Below, in pieces: positions 47,508 through 60,995 of a stretch of 64,000 nt of DNA. The position numbers and the translations under genes were made by a program. Position 1 is the stretch's first letter; each line of letters starts with the position of its first letter. The stretch comes from Phoronis australis (Eukaryota; Animalia; Phoronida): contig NMRA01000116.1 of NCBI GenBank assembly GCA_002633005.1, positions 438,035-502,034 of the forward strand, read 5' to 3'. The notes beneath the pieces are model-generated. The model made no database searches, had not been told where the DNA came from, and saw only the letters and a list, made by a program, of their open reading frames with translations.

Positions 47508-50500
47508 TCACTTCTGAGCATGTGACGTTGTCATTCCAGCCCACTCTAGCAGCATTCTGTCAGGGTTCTGGTCCCAGCCATCAAATTTTAGCTAGAATTA
47601 AAAAGATAAAACTTCCAACTACACACACCTTTCTTGGAAACACAAGAATAAAAAAGCAAAGTTGGTTTAGGTCTTTAGAAGACTCATTTTAAGACTTCAG
47701 GGCTTGGAATGACCAATGACGAAAAACGCGGAAACTTTTACGGCCCAAATCATGCGCGCTACCCAGCCTTGAAATGGTCGATGTGAACCTTTCCCCTTTC
47801 TGCGTCATTTTAGCTCGTCCGTCCACTCCCAACCCACACATTTTTGGCTGCAGAGCCGTAGTATTTGTCACCGCGGTTTACAATAACACGAGACGCCATT
47901 GAAAATCCCACCACGCTATCCCAGATGCCCCGGCAATGTTGACAATTTACGTTCCTCCGAAACATAAAGAGCAACTTCCGCTTTTCAAGGTGAACGTCGT
48001 CTGCAACGCCGCGGTAAGAAAGGAATTTGCCGCGGAAATTTTAAATAAAATCCGATTTTTTTTACGTGGAAATATAATAAAAATGCGCGGACAGAACATT
48101 TGAAAATTCTAAGCCCTGAGACTTACGCTCAGCAACTAAAAAAACTTCCCCAGAATCAATTTCATCCACAATTTCAAGTTTTGTGTTTTTTTGAAAAGCT
48201 GCTCAAAAGGCACGTAAACCAGGGTCCAAAAGGCTTGAAACACCAATGAATACAAATCCTGCACCATTTTTGCCCATCTTGGGTGGAATTTCTTTTCTTG
48301 AAAAAGTGAGCAACTATCTACTGTACCACCGGCTTGATTTTCAAAAATACCTGAGACCAGAACCAATTACATTTTTTGGTCCCAATAACAGGTATGAGTT
48401 GTGATTATTAGGGGACAATTCCTTAAACAACTTTGCTTTGTAAAGAATTTGTAACTCTAGAATAGCCACACCCTGTGATGTTGAGTGAAGTAGTAAACCA
48501 TAACACAATAGTTTAGGCAAGTTAGCAGGTACACCTTGCATGCTACATCTCTTCTTTAAACAACTTTTCGTCGTTACCATTTGATTTCCCTTTTTATCAA
48601 AATGCCTTAGTTTACTATGTGCCAGATTATTTCACTTCACTTATTAAGACACTTTATTTTCCATATTAAAATGGTCATTAATTTATCTTCCAAAGACATT
48701 TCATAAAACAGAGAACCCCGAAACTCTTTGATAAGCTTGGCTAAGGCAACAATGTATATTTGATACAATCTATAGAAACAAGAGCAACATTAAATAAGTA
48801 TTGGCCATGATTCGTACAAACGTGAAGAAAGCATTTTTTGCACTCCCAGAGTGGAAGTTCCAAAAGTCACCAAAAGGTGGCTCAGCTACACTTTCAAAGT
48901 AAACCCAGGTTCCTTCAAATAGTCAGTAGCCTACATCAGTCATCATTGCTATAAGGCCCCGCCTTAATGCTCCAGTTAGACTGTACGGACAGTGGTCAGA
49001 TTGTCATGTACAACTTTGTAAAATATTGATGCTACTTTGGAGCAAAATCAGACATGCTCTTATCTCAAACGGCAAATCGTACAATTACAACTTTCTAAAT
49101 CGAAAAATCGTGTTAGAGCACCTGTCTACTGACGCATACAACAGCATTGCTCTAATGTTGGAGAGACTCTCAATATGTTTTAACTAGTGATTTCCCAATC
49201 TTGGAGAGACTGTCAATGTATTCCAACTAGTGAAGCCTCAGTGTTGGAGAGACTCTCAATGTATACCAGTGTTCAAGTCTCACAGTGTCCACCTACCTTT
49301 CGTTGTTGGTGCTTCTCAGCCTCCTTCGTCTCCCATTGCTTCTGTCTCACCTGCGCATCCTTTATGTCGATACCTGCTGTACCCCAAACCTGGAAAATAA
49401 TGAGTGGACGTCCTAGAAAATGAACATTCAACAATAATGATATCTATCTGTGAATGTTCAACTATAGTGATATCTATCTGTGAACATTCAACCATTATGA
49501 CAATGATCTGTGAACATTCAAACATAATGACAACTATCAATGAATATTTGAAAATCCAGGGATAGATAAACAAAAAAAGCATGAGCAAATACACCACCCA
49601 CCTCCAAACCTTTTAATTTTGAAGATATTCCGCCCGATGTCGTAACGTTGGTGAGATCGTCGTCAATCAACAACACAGGGTTGTTGGGTGTCTTGCCAAG
49701 TTGGATTCCTTTGGGCAAACCTCGCTTAGCATGATTCATGAAGAACATCTTAGGACCGCCTGAAGTAATGAACAATGCTTTTTTTGCTGTGACTTCAAAT
49801 TAGATGCAGGACTGGTAGACTCCCAAGGGTTGACTGAATACATTTCCAACAACTTAATTGTCAATTACTTCAATTCCTACGCAGGATCACAGCTTCGTAG
49901 CAGCATTTCTAAACACAGACTGCTTTAAGAAGTGACACACAGAAAGGACAAGCACGGTAGTGATGAAATATCCACTTAAGATGATACAAGAGACTAAGTG
50001 ACAAATGTTTACTCACTCTCCACTACTGCATAGTTGGGAAGAAGCTGTATTATAGTGCAGTTATCACCGCCCCACTTCACTGAGTCTTCCCTGTTGGACA
50101 ACAAGAGACATCTATAGTGAAACTGAACAAATATAAATCACTACAACTGTAGAATTTAGGAGAAAGTGAGAAAATGACAAATGCACAAGTAAATGACTAC
50201 TTTGTTACCTATTTGTCAGATTTTAAAACAAGACAAAATTTGCGGGACCTGTACCTTTACATACATGAAAAATTCCCAGTAAAACTGAGAGTTTCCTTTA
50301 TACAACACAGATTGTTTTGTATGTGCTCTTAAGGGGACAAACTTGGGGGAAAACTTCATTTTTCAAGACAATGCTAATTAACTAATAAGCCAAAAACAAA
50401 CACTGCCACTTTGCAATATTCTAAAAGCAGACTACTTTTTCACAAGCAAATAACTATCAGTAAAAGGTACACTACCCAGTCAAATATAAACAACAATCGC

Positions 50501-53500
50501 TTAAAGGCAGACTACACGCTCACAGATAACAACTATTTCTTAAACGCAAACCATCCAGTCACAGATAAACAATTCCTCAGGTACACAGGATTACCTATGC
50601 TAATAACAAAACAAACTTTTCTTAAAACGGAATGTTACCATTTTTAAAGAGCACACTCCCAGTTACCTCCATTCTGTGTCCACAGCGGCGCAAAACAAGT
50701 GGTCGTCACCAAAGTAGATCAGGCTCACTGTAGGGCCCTTGTACTGGAACACATGGTGTTCAAACCTGTAGCAAAGACCAACAGCCCACGTTACTAGAAA
50801 TACCGATTCACTTGGACAGCACTGTGTCTCAACGGTCATTCTAGATGATGATGGTATTTTAATAAACACCAAAACATGTCAAGCCGGCTTAAATCCGTCG
50901 TTTTTATTAACATATGCTGCTGCTTGCTGTGATGGAAAGATTCTAGAAGAGTGATTAAAAATTCCACAGTAACTGGTTTTAACAATACCCTGTGTTTAAA
51001 CGTACAAAATATTGGGAGAGTAAAAACTGAAGGATAGCTGCCGTTGCTGCAGTCTTCTGACCATGACTTACTCTGTATCAACAAATTAGAAGTGTAGAAA
51101 CAACACAAACACAACTGCTAACTATCATATGAGCACTGAAGAAGTAGATACACAAAGCACATAAGGTAACAGCAGTAGAGCTGCTCACGGATATACATCA
51201 GAGTGGTGATGAGCACACATCAGAGTGGTGATGAGCACATATCAGTCCTACCAACCTGTTCACACTGAGTCCCTGTTCATCAGAGTGGTGATTAGCACAC
51301 ATCAGTCCTACTAACCTGTTCACACTGAGTCCCTGTTCATTACTGTTGTACAACATATGCCAACTGTAGTGTCTGGTCAGCAGCAACTAGGGACAGAAAT
51401 GACAAGACTGTAAAATGCAGGGGAGGCAATGACCAATGACAAAAGAGGAAGAAAACTGTGCAGGTGACGTATCATTCTACAAATAAATAAGTTCATGTGA
51501 TAGAAATATCTTTTTGTGTTGTAAAACTTAACTGTAAGGAACGTTTTCTGCATAAAAAGTCAAAGTAAAGATAAAAAAGAGATGAGAAAAAAGGAAATAG
51601 GAATTCAAATAAAATAAGAGGAAATCGAAACCAAATGAGGAAATCCTCTTAAAAGAGGAAAATTACAATCCCTGCAAGCTATGTGAAAATCTAGAACATA
51701 ATTATCAAATTCACGAAAACAAGGTCACAATGCAAAATGCCAAAATGTGCACTACAGCACTTAATAAGCATAATTTTTCAAAGTTTGTTTGACATTCCCT
51801 TTGAAATGTAGGAGTTGCACATGGAAGAGTATTATTGTCTGCACGGACACATGGATACAATCATTACAATATTGGGTTACTACATATTGCAACTGTTATA
51901 TGAAAACAAATCTCTGATTGCAAGACACTGTATAACAGAAGGCAACCATAACATCTCCGTACAAAGTTAAATAACAAAAACAAGATGCTGTGCTTCATAT
52001 TACAATGTTTCGACATTCATCATCAGGTATAATGCAGTCGGTACCAGACAGTAGACAAAGTCCCAACATGTGTTTACACATTTCAATCACTTACTAGCTT
52101 GCTGGCAATGTGTGACGGCATAGACGGTGAACTGTATGCACCTAAGTCACTGGAAGAGCCGCGCGAGGTCATGCTGGTCGTACGGTAGCAGGCTGGCAGT
52201 GTGCAGGAGAGGACCCAGAGCATGGCTAGGGTGATGTTACTAGATGACTTAAGCAGGTGTTCCAACGCAGGTACATAGTGCTCATCCTACAGGAGGATAA
52301 AAACAACTGAGAGCTGATATTTAGATTAACATGCAAATCTACACTGATATTTACTCACAAACTGTTCAATAAGAATATGTCAATCTTGAACTGGCATCGA
52401 AATATATATCGCAAACATTTTTAAGTCTGGTCTGCACGCCACCTGTTTGCCACATCACGTGAGCTAATGAACATGAGCCTGACTGTTCAATAGTAATACA
52501 TCTCACTTATTTGTGTTTTGTCACTTAAAGATTCTGTTCAAAATCCAACATTTCAGGATTATTTATACACTTTGGTGAAAATAAAGAAATCACATTCACA
52601 GTTTGTATTCATGTCAAAAATGTTAAGCACAAAACAAATAAGCACCCTCTCACAAAACGTGCATTCGATACCATAAAGTACTGACAATAAGAACTGCACA
52701 GTAACAATTGATGGCAATGTCATGCCTTGAACAGTAATCTTGTAAATACTCAAACGAAACACTGTTTTCCTATGAGCACAAGAAGATTGTTTTTGTTTTG
52801 GATTTTTAATATCACAAGGGTTTCCTAATTACATATAAAACATGGTCCGACTAAAAAGTTCATTGATAGCTTCAATGGGTGCAGACTTAACTTATTCTAA
52901 TTTGAAGTCTACAAGTTTGACTTGACCTAATTAACCCTGCGAGGGATTTAAAATTAGTAATCACATTAATGGAATCCCAAGTTTACCTAGATACCCCAAG
53001 TTGGTGTACATCGGCATTGTGCTTACCTCTGGCCTAAACATGTTGGTAACAGCTAGCTTACATGTAAGCCAGCTGTGTACACCACTGAATATACCCTCAC
53101 AGTTTTGGAAACACCAGCTGGAGAAGCACTCCAGGTCCACTTGACTTTTCTTCTGTGTCTGCAAGGACCAAAAACAGAGGATAAAGGTGCAATACCAGGA
53201 AAACACAGGACAAGACACAGTTTCTAGCTGTAACATAAAAGCACAGATCTCCAAGTTGTCTACTAAGAGCTAAGCAATGTTCGTACCAGGCACTCGACTT
53301 CACAAAGGTTATAGAGATGGGCAGTTTGTTAGCCCGCTCCACACCCTACAGCAACTACCTGTTCTAGAAAGAAATGTTTTTCTTGATAGAACAGACAATC
53401 ACTGTGACAACGAGCATACTAAGTACAAGAGACACAAAATTTATTGCAAGCCCGAGTGACCAAACTGATGGAAGAGAACCACTTGACATGCAGGTTTAAC

Positions 53501-56500
53501 TTATTTTGTGTAAGATAACACGCAGTAATGTTGGCTTATGGAGGTTGTTTACCATGTACGCAACTCAAAAGTTTGATTTGATATCTGACAAAAGAACTGT
53601 TTTTCGATGTATATCCGACATATTTGTTGAAATAAAAATGAGCGCAACCAGACAAAGAAAAGTCGAAACACAAAATGTTTTACCTACCGACCTATGCTAA
53701 ACAAGGGGAAATGGACAATATTTTAAGGGTGTCCTTACATGTGACATTTTGTCTATTCTTAACAAACAAAACGGTGTATATTTTTTACACTCTTAATTCA
53801 CTAAATGGTTATAACTCATTTGATGGCTTAGTTACTGAATAATAACCCTGATCTTCAGACCACTTGATTCAGGGAGTGAGAGGACATGAATTTGAGTCAC
53901 ATTTTGATCATATCATTCATTTTGGGAGTGCGCCAATGAGCGCTACAAGAGACTACATGGCCACTATACTTACAATACTGTCACTGATAGCAGCCAAAAC
54001 CTCTTCATCACGATCACACTTGGAATATGGCACAAATGCACTAGCCAGTGCGACTGAGTAACAGATATGTACCATCACCTCCACATCTGAAACAAATTAC
54101 GTTCATGGATGAAGTGAAATGAACATTATACACAATGTTGGCAAATTGGCAATGAACAATGTAATTGGTTTAGCTCTCCTGGGAAGGCAAAACCTATAAC
54201 AGTGGACAGCCTTTTGAAACAATACAAATTTCATCTTTCATGCGGAAGCATTATCAGTTTTCTTTGCCAACAACACACGGATCTAACTGAATTTTCTGAA
54301 AGGCTAGGAGGTTCAACAGTACCAACACAGGGACTGAGCAACAAGAGTACATGCGGACTACAACCTTTTGTGGTGAGGTGGTCCTTTCCTTGGGCAAACA
54401 ACTGGAAGTAGAATGGCACCTGCTGGTCCTCATTTAGCACGCTCAACACCTGATTGGCTGCCGTCACAAACTCCTTCTTGGTGATAGTCTTTCGGCTGGC
54501 ATCATAAGCGCAGGCCAGGTTATACAACAGGGTACCCAGAGTGTTGAGGGGCCCATTGAATGTCGCCTGTAAGGAAATAGCGAGTAGTGCTTGGTTTAGC
54601 ATAGCAACAGCTGCTCTCATGTTCTTCCAACTGTTAATCTTAATTCAGTTTAAGTATGCGAAACTATTGAATTCAGCATCAAACAGCAGACTCGTAATCA
54701 GGCATGAAACAGGGGATGCAAAGTTTGTGATAAGTTGCACCTTTGTCATCACCTCAGTTATCACTGATTCTTCTCAATGACATCGTGATGCAGACATCAC
54801 CGATGCGTAGGGCATGGCATTGCCCCGGAGAGTGGGTCCGACAGGAAGTGGCATTATTTTAAAAGACAGTTCTTCAAAATTTATCCACAATGTAATGTGA
54901 GTACACAGATACTGTTTGGTGTCAATCAGGACAATCATATTACCTCAAAAACATTTCTGGATATCAGATCTTCCTTTAAGCTTGGTTGCTCTTGTTTTGT
55001 GCTTTCGGCTAGTTTCTGTAAAAAGCAAATTTACGAAAAACATAGATTAAGTCAACTTTATAGGATCAGGGCTGTTCCAGCAAAATCTGTGTGGGAGGGG
55101 GGGGAAGGCAACTGAAATAAAAATTTATGGGTGGTTGCGTTTGATTTAAATTCAAAATAGCTGGTGGTCGTACTTCAAAAAAATAAAAATTTACAGGTCG
55201 TTGTTGATGGTGGGTAATTTTAGTAAATTTTATAAACAATCCGCACAGAATCAAAAACTGAAACAAAAATGCAACTTGCAAAAAGCTCCGACTTTTTCAC
55301 TCCCTCCAATCTCCTCATCGGCATGCCCATACCACTATTTAACCACAGGTGCTCGAATTTCTCGATGGCTAATAACCACATATAAGAAACATATGTTTTC
55401 TTAGTAATGAATGACGTTAGTGGTGATGGAGGAACAGATAAACTCAAGCGCCTGTGCAGTCAACCACAAGAACGGGTGGTTGCATTTCAATTACGGGTGG
55501 TAGGCTGAAGAAATAAATGAAAAATATGGGTGGTGAGTGCGAAAAAAAGGTGCCTTCCCCCCCTCCCATACAGATTTTACTGGAACAGCCCTCAACAAAA
55601 ACAAAAACTGTAGTGAACAAATTGAGTGTCAGTTGAACAAATAAATTTTATTCAGTGGCTGTTGGTAGCTATGGCTTTAAAATAACAAAGCATTTTACTT
55701 GGTTCTAGTTATCTTTTACCTGAATTGGTGATGGTGTTCAAATGTAACATATCTTAACAATTGGGGATGGTGTTCAAAGGCAGCAGATCAGAACAATTCA
55801 TGGTGGTGTTCAAATGTACCAATCTGACTAATTGGTGATGGTGTTCAAATGTAACACGTGAACAATTAGTGATGGTGTTCAAATGCAGGAGACCTGAACA
55901 ACTACCAGAGCATTTTTTCAGTTTCAAAAATTTAAAGACTTCGACGGTCTCATAAAAATATCCAAAATGACACAAATTTGTTGGTTTTTTAAATTAGGAT
56001 GAGGCATATTTGCAGGGAGCCTTCCAGTGTACAACTTCAAGGCCATATGTGATATGTATCCATCTAAAGGCACTGACCAAGTTGCTCCAACTGCCTTCAG
56101 AGGTGTCCACCTAAACTCCAAAGGTACAAATAGTGAAATAGCATAGTCGAATCGCGTTACAACGAACCCTGTTTACAATGTTCACTAGCTTACAATGTCC
56201 TATTCAACAAGTCCCATTGTTCTTTAATGCAAATACCCTTTCTATGCTTTGTCTTTAACAAGCATGAATACCATGTTCACAAGTTATAATGTACCATTTG
56301 TGATGTCTAATGGGTAACTTCACAACCTTTCCAATGAATCACTGCTTGCAAATCTGAGCATTGATCATGCACAGACTCCTCGATTTCATGTTTGTGCACA
56401 CACTGTGATGACCAGGCACATGATTTGCTGCACTCGGATGGCTACACAGTATTTATCAACCATAGTAACACTGACGTTACTCTGAGGATGGCAAAAATTA

Positions 56501-59500
56501 CACTTATATATGTGCTTCCGTCTTCTACAACTTTTACTACGTACATGTACTGTGGACCATGTTAATTTTCTATTTCCACGTGATGCGCTAGCCACCCTGT
56601 GCTTGGCTACTGCCAAATCTTTGTTTAGTATCAATTATTGACTTTTACATAACATAACATTGAAAGATCCCTAACTAAGATCAAGCAGCAGTCAATCACA
56701 GGTTAGTGTAGTAAATCGTAAGTCACCATTTCAATACAGTAGCTAGCGCCTCATGTAGAGGCGAGATTGAGAATCGCAAAACAAGCTCCCAATGACTCAT
56801 AACCATATAAGAAACATCACCGATGGATGCCAAATTTTTGCTGAGGCTTCCAGTTTCAAATTCAAATAAAAACTGTTTGCACCTCCCTCAGACTGGTATT
56901 GCATAAACCACTGAAGCCCTACTTTACCTTAATCCCATTAAATTGTCCTTGTGAGCAGTGAATTGGTGGTGGAATTTCTAAAACAATTGTAAAACTCTAA
57001 ATTCAAGGAAGCCAAAGAGTTAACGTGGCAGATTTCAGCTGTACTTAAATTAGCATGCGTGGTGAAAATAAAACTTGCCAGTTTGAGCAAGCAAAGCCTA
57101 TGGCAAAGACAGATTATTTGTCGATATCAAACTTAAATGAATGAGGATAGTAAGATTATAGTTCCACTCACGTGTAATTTGCATCTTCTTAGTGCTCATT
57201 TTATCACTAAATCTAGAATTCAATTGCAAGAACTGGAGTATCGTATGTACGAACTTGACATTGTGTGCTACTCTAGGTTCAAGCACAACAGACTCTTTGC
57301 TTTTGACAGGGATTTCCATTGTGAGGCAGCACATTCATCGCGGGAAATACTCTATTGGCAGATTTCGCAACTGGGCCTATGTTAGTAGCCATCAACCCAT
57401 GGCTCTTCGATTATAAACAATGTTATTTAACAAAATCAGAGTTTATTAGTGAAAACTGACTTTTGGAAATGCTTCGGGAGCATTCGTGAAAAATCTGGAA
57501 GTGTGCGAAGGCCATCCATCATGACGTCATAAAATAGCCTCCTTGAATTTGTGATTTTGGATTTTTTTGACATTTTTATCATCAAGTAATCACTCGAAAA
57601 CAATTCTGATGTGGTCACGTGAAACTGGCCATTTTTACACAGCGCACACCAGGGGATATGATGTTCATGCCACCTGCCACAGGCAATGTTAAAAATGGTC
57701 AGTTGCCAATTTGGGAATATGAACGAAGGACTGCTCGAAGAAAGTTTGATTATGAGAGTATTTGTTTGAGTTGGAAGGAATTAAGACATCCACGGCCTCC
57801 TAAGGTGTCCCTCTATGTGCAAAAGGTACTTATAAGGTGCATTCCACGGTATTTGTGCCATGGACTTAAAAATTTCAAATCAGCCTTTTAACTTTCATTT
57901 TGATGTTTACACATAGTTTAATCATTGAATTTTATTGTCTGCAGGTCCATTTTCTGTTAGTCTTAGAAATTTTGCTTTTATCGGAAGGTTTATCTCTTAT
58001 TTGTAAAATTTTGCGTTACAGATGTGACATAACTTTTTTCATAATTTTTTCTACAGACATGAAGAAATAAATGCTAAAATTGTTTTAATATATCATTTGC
58101 TACACAAGAAGTATACTAACAGTTGAAACTACCTGATTTTTTGATAATTAGTATTTCCAATTAAACTTTCAAATTAGTGAAAGTCACATCTGTAACATTT
58201 AAGTAACAAAAGTTTTGATTTTAGGAAAAAAAGTAAATCAATTTTAGCACAATTTAATTTTCTCTTTATTCACCCTAATCAACATAATTTAGCTAAATTT
58301 CTCAAATGTATCTCAATCCAGTTCCAAAAAAATCAAAAAACATTTCAAGTCACATCTGTAACAGTTTGTTACAGATGTGACATGATGTAAGAAATGTGAC
58401 CATCTTTTGCAGCCACTAAGTAAAGATTTACTTTTCATGACTCAATTTTTAAAAGGTTTGTATGATTAATTTGAACAAATATCTATGAAGAATTGTTAAA
58501 GCCACTGTTCATCATCTACTGAGCCAAGTACTCCCCGTTTAGCGATAGTTCACGGCTAACAGTAACGTCGACACACACTGTGGTGAAGAACACATGCACT
58601 GAAGGTCCCCTTCATTCAATATAGCAACCAGCTGAAAAATCCACAAACTTCACTCAAAGCACAAGCTGAAAATCCGCCCACTTCACCGGAGGCATATCCC
58701 CCTTCATCTGAGGGACTGATCAGTGTTTTTTCTGTCAGTGATTTTGTGGTTGTTGAGTTCCAAGGTATTCGTTTCAAGCAAGATGTTCCATCAAAACTGG
58801 TATTACGGTGTTAAGCAGATAGACCAGAGTCAAAAACGTACTACCTCACCTTCAAAACAGCTTACCAGCCAGAAAAACACAAACCCCGACCTCTAAAACA
58901 GAAACCCTGGGGATCGGACAGGACACCCCAGACCGAAACACCACTCCTGTACTTGCTTTCCAACATTGTTTATTGCAAGAAAATAGTGCCTTTATTAGCA
59001 CTCTGTGTTCATACGACTTGTATCAATTTCACATTTTGATGAAACAATAAATCTTCCTATTTTAAATAGTTGATGTGATACGTTGTTTTAAACAACTTAG
59101 GACTGATCTGTAGCAAAAAAAAAGTGTTCATTCTTAAATCGGGGATGTTTACAGTGTACTAGACAGGGTGAACAATGAAAAATGGCATGTGCTTGAGTGG
59201 TGGATGCCACAATGGTCACAGAATTCTAAGGGATTATCTACCAAAAAAGCATGTGAATGCGTAGAGTTCAGAAATTTTGATTCCAAATTTAGTGATCATT
59301 GAGAAGTTGAAGTAACTCTTCTTGAGGACAAGAACAGAAAAGTTGGTGACCACAAATTGCACGAGTTTTAAGCAACAATTCAACATAACGTGAGTTACGT
59401 TTTATTATTGCTAATCTTTAACAAATTCAGAAAACAAATGGAAAGTACTAGACAATGCTCAGTTTGAGGCTATTGACGTTGTCTTAGAAAATTTGAAAAA

Positions 59501-60553
59501 TTGTCAAGGTTCCCTATTTGATCATTGTGGTTCGCGTTTTAAAAGCCGGGTTTGTTTTTCTGGCTGGTTAGCTGTTTTGACTCCGGGATATTTGTTTCAC
59601 GCTAGGATTCCAATTTCGATGGAACAATTGTGTCCTAGGAGCTCAAACGTTGCATAGACCATGATGGTTGAAAGAGATGGTATCAAAGTCATTGTCATGA
59701 GANAATCACTGTGAGGCATAATTCACCCAAAAAACTTTTGGCGTATGAAGCGCCTACAGGAGTTTCACCACCTGCAGTTCAACTAGAAATAATGGTCACT
59801 GTCTAGCTGGCTACTAGAGTGGTAGGCAGTGACCACCGTCTCTAGCTGGCCAGCAGCGACGGTGTAGCTCCTATAGCAGCTTCATATGCCCGAAACATTT
59901 CAGCGAATTATGTCTCACACCGACTAAAACATCAAATTCGTGTTTTTATAAATACCTTCTACGCATAGAGGGACACTTTAGGAGGCCGTCGATATCTTTA
60001 ATTACTTCCAACTCGAATAAATACTCCTGTTACCAAACTTTTTCTTCCAGCAGTCCCTTGTTCAGTTCCCAAAATCGGTAACTGGCATGCCATGGTATAT
60101 GATGTCATACCACCTGCCGCGCACAGAGTTAAAAAAACCCAGTTTCCGATTTTGGGAACTGAACGAAGGACTGCTCGACGAAAGTTTGATAACAGGAGTA
60201 TTTGTTTGAGTTGGAATTGGAAGGAATTCAGCCTCCTAAGGTGTCCCTCTATGCACAAAAGGTACTTATAATAGCTTGAATTTGATTTTTTTAATTGGCG
60301 TGAGGCATAACTCGCCCAAAAGCTCCCGTCTCTACTGAGCCAGTTAGAAACGGTGGTTACCGTCTACTGCCTGGACTCTAGTCTAGACCAGGCAGTATGG
60401 AGAGGCAGAGTCAACAGTCAGCGAATCCAATATATATTATACCTGGAACATCCGATTGAGATAAGGTGTGTTAATAATCACCCCCGTGTCGCTATCAACG
60501 GTGTCCCTGCCATTAGAACTTTTCTGTTTATGAGTAGACTGTGGATTACCCAT
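47508..60553 (-). CDS. N-myristoylated TLDc-domain protein (MEAK7/Rtc5-like architecture), 466 aa, 12 coding exons
   Basis: Phase-consistent exons 60553-60443, 55015-54944, 54566-54365, 54086-53974, 53158-53027, 52286-52095, 51386-51316, 50765-50667, 50090-50017, 49759-49602, 49389-49297, 47591-47508 (1401 nt). N-terminus MGNPQS; TLDc motifs WHMLYNSNEQGLSVNRFEHHVFQYKGPT, KWGGDNC, LEVWG; C-terminal WDQNPDRMLLEWAG. Confidence 0.88.
47698..48118. mobile_element. hAT-like MITE with 6-bp target-site duplication
   Basis: AGACTT|CAGGGCTTGGAAT ... ATTCTAAGCCCTG|AGACTT, with repeated CGCGG subterminal motifs. Confidence 0.8.
49421..49545. repeat. ~30-bp minisatellite (TGAACATTCAAC.AT.ATGATATCTATCTG) x4
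   Basis: Direct inspection. Confidence 0.85.
51195..51340. repeat. 60-bp tandem duplication spanning a TLDc exon/intron junction, plus 21-bp subrepeats
   Basis: 51221-51280 is nearly identical to 51281-51340. Confidence 0.9.
55069..55591. mobile_element. PIF/Harbinger-type (Tourist-like) MITE
   Basis: TCA|GGGCTGTTCCAGCAAAATCTGTGTGGGAGGGGGGGGAAGGCA ... TGCCTTCCCCCCCTCCCATACAGATTTTACTGGAACAGCCC|TCA: ~42-bp TIRs and a 3-bp TSD. Confidence 0.85.
55723..55900. repeat. ~35-bp minisatellite (AATTGGTGATGGTGTTCAAATG...) x5
   Basis: Direct inspection. Confidence 0.85.
57655..57835. mobile_element. Truncated copy of the 59946-60271 MITE family
   Basis: Shares GAACGAAGGACTGCTCGA.GAAAGTTTGAT...CCTCCTAAGGTGTCCCTCTATG...AAGGTACTTATAA with 60161-60271. 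Confidence 0.8.
59711..59918. mobile_element. Small MITE-like element with ~50-bp imperfect inverted ends
   Basis: GTGAGGCATAATTCACCC...GTATGAAGCGCCTACAGGAG pairs with CTCCTATAGCAGCTTCATATG...GAATTATGTCTCAC; another end copy at 60300. Confidence 0.65.
59946..60271. mobile_element. Foldback MITE with ~140-bp imperfect TIRs
   Basis: TTATAAATACCTT...CATAGAGGGACACTTTAGGAGGC...GTTCCCAAAATCGG is mirrored by CCGATTTTGGGAAC...GCCTCCTAAGGTGTCCCTCTATG...AAGGTACTTATAA. Confidence 0.85.
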
Positions 60554-60936
60554 GATGATGAACTAAAAAGCCTGATACAAAACACAGCTGACGGCGGCCA
60601 TTTTTACCCACAATGCCGCAGTTACAAAAATAGTTCTCGGTGGAAGGATAATATTAACTTTAAATTTATTTATTTACGATATGATCAGATGGTTTTTATT
60701 ACAACAAATAGAAATAACGTTGTTTATAGCGTTTTAAAAAATATCTGACAAGTTTTGTGAATAATATTTGTGTAGTCGAAACGTAATTTGTTGTTATTTT
60801 TGCAAGGGTATACCTACAAGAAATGACTAATCGTGAAGCGGTTGGGTTGTTCTGTAGATCTCCTGTTTAGACTTTATGCGTTGAAAATTTTTAATGTTTA
60901 GATATGCCGACATGCAACTGTTCAACTCAGATAATA

Positions 60937-60995
60937 CCTGCTGTAGTAGCTTGGTCACTGTTGATTGTGACTACTGGATTGTTCTTCGGCTTTAC
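60937..60995 (-). other. Probable non-coding first exon of the TLDc gene
   Basis: Minus strand ...CTACTACAGCAG|GTATTA donor; acceptor-like TTTGTATCAG/TTTTTAG just upstream of the ATG at 60553. The 5' boundary is uncertain. Confidence 0.35.

Noticed and set aside
54747-54806. Intronic C/D snoRNA candidate (GTGATGT...CTGA, minus)
   Set aside because: Imperfect C box, too short, and no recognisable rRNA guide.
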